Shown piece by piece: positions 63,275-64,000 of a stretch of 64,000 nt of DNA. The notes beneath the pieces are model-generated. The model did no database searches, was not told the DNA's origin, and was given only the letters and a program-made list of their open reading frames with translations. The stretch is from positions 5,605,808 to 5,669,807 of the forward strand of contig CM082585.2 in the NCBI GenBank assembly GCA_040954595.2, given 5' to 3'. Both the position numbers and the translations under genes were made by a program. Each line of letters opens with the position of its first letter. Positions within the stretch are counted from its first letter, which is position 1. Origin of the DNA: Balanoglossus misakiensis (lineage: Eukaryota; Animalia; Hemichordata).

Positions 63275-64000
63275 GTAGGAATGAAACTCTAATTTCTCTT
63301 CCATTTGATTGAAATTTTTGTTGAAAATTTGAATCAGCATTTAGGCCTAGTCATTTTGTTTGACGCCCCGATCTGTTATTAACTGCAAGTATTGTCCGAG
63401 ATCCACCGTTTCTGGTGACGCGCTTACGCGTTGCGCAACGGTCGCCCTTGGGTAGAATTATATTTATCACGCAGACCTTCTTTCCAAATGAATATTTTGT
63501 TCAAAATTGATTTATTCAGATTCACTAAGGCCAGCGACTTTATTGTAGTGAAGTTATGACGTATTCTTGAAACACTGCCAAATTGGGCCCCTATAGTCGC
63601 AGAGAGTCATTGTTGGTACGTCCAGTTATGGTTAAAAAAGTGACAGCAAAGAAAATTCCCGGTAGAGCAAGATAGAAACGATAACATTGTGCGTGAGGTA
63701 AACTGTTTTAAACTGGCGATGCTATGGAAACCAATTCTTAGAGTGCTGGAAATCGTCATTCTGCCAGTGATTGTTATGGCAACTCTGTTAGACATTGGCG
63801 AAGAGATAAAACCCCTCTCCCGATTCATGTGCAAATTGTCGTGTAGAAGAACAGAGGCCGCTGCATTGTCTGTACAGAAGGCTTTGAATCATAGATAGTG
63901 TACTGTCTAAAAATACTAGTAGATATGTTTGAACGAACGAACGAACGAACGACCAAACGAAGGTCGTTCTGGCGTCACATTGAATGATATAACGAAACAC

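Overview
AT-rich, intron-containing animal DNA. The gene set and repeat types suggest an invertebrate deuterostome, possibly a hemichordate, but that is inference and not an identification. Five spliced genes were assembled by hand with consistent GT-AG sites and reading phases: NCK adaptor (minus), a tandem-FYVE rabenosyn/Pep7-like protein (plus, 12 coding exons), retinoblastoma RB1 (plus, 25 exons), CFAP97D2-like (minus, 5 exons), and, at the right edge, the first exon of a bacterial-type tryptophanase/tyrosine phenol-lyase followed by an apparent spliceosomal intron. The most notable non-coding signals are a convergent pair of paralogous, structurally covarying Pol III-type panhandle RNA genes (vault-RNA-like) between NCK and the FYVE gene, a perfect three-way-junction fold downstream of the RB1 stop, five CArG boxes in about 200 bp, and RFX X-boxes in the CFAP97D2-like introns. 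Non-autonomous DNA transposons are frequent (hAT remnant, Helentron-like element with a satellite core, TTAA- and TA-flanked MITEs).
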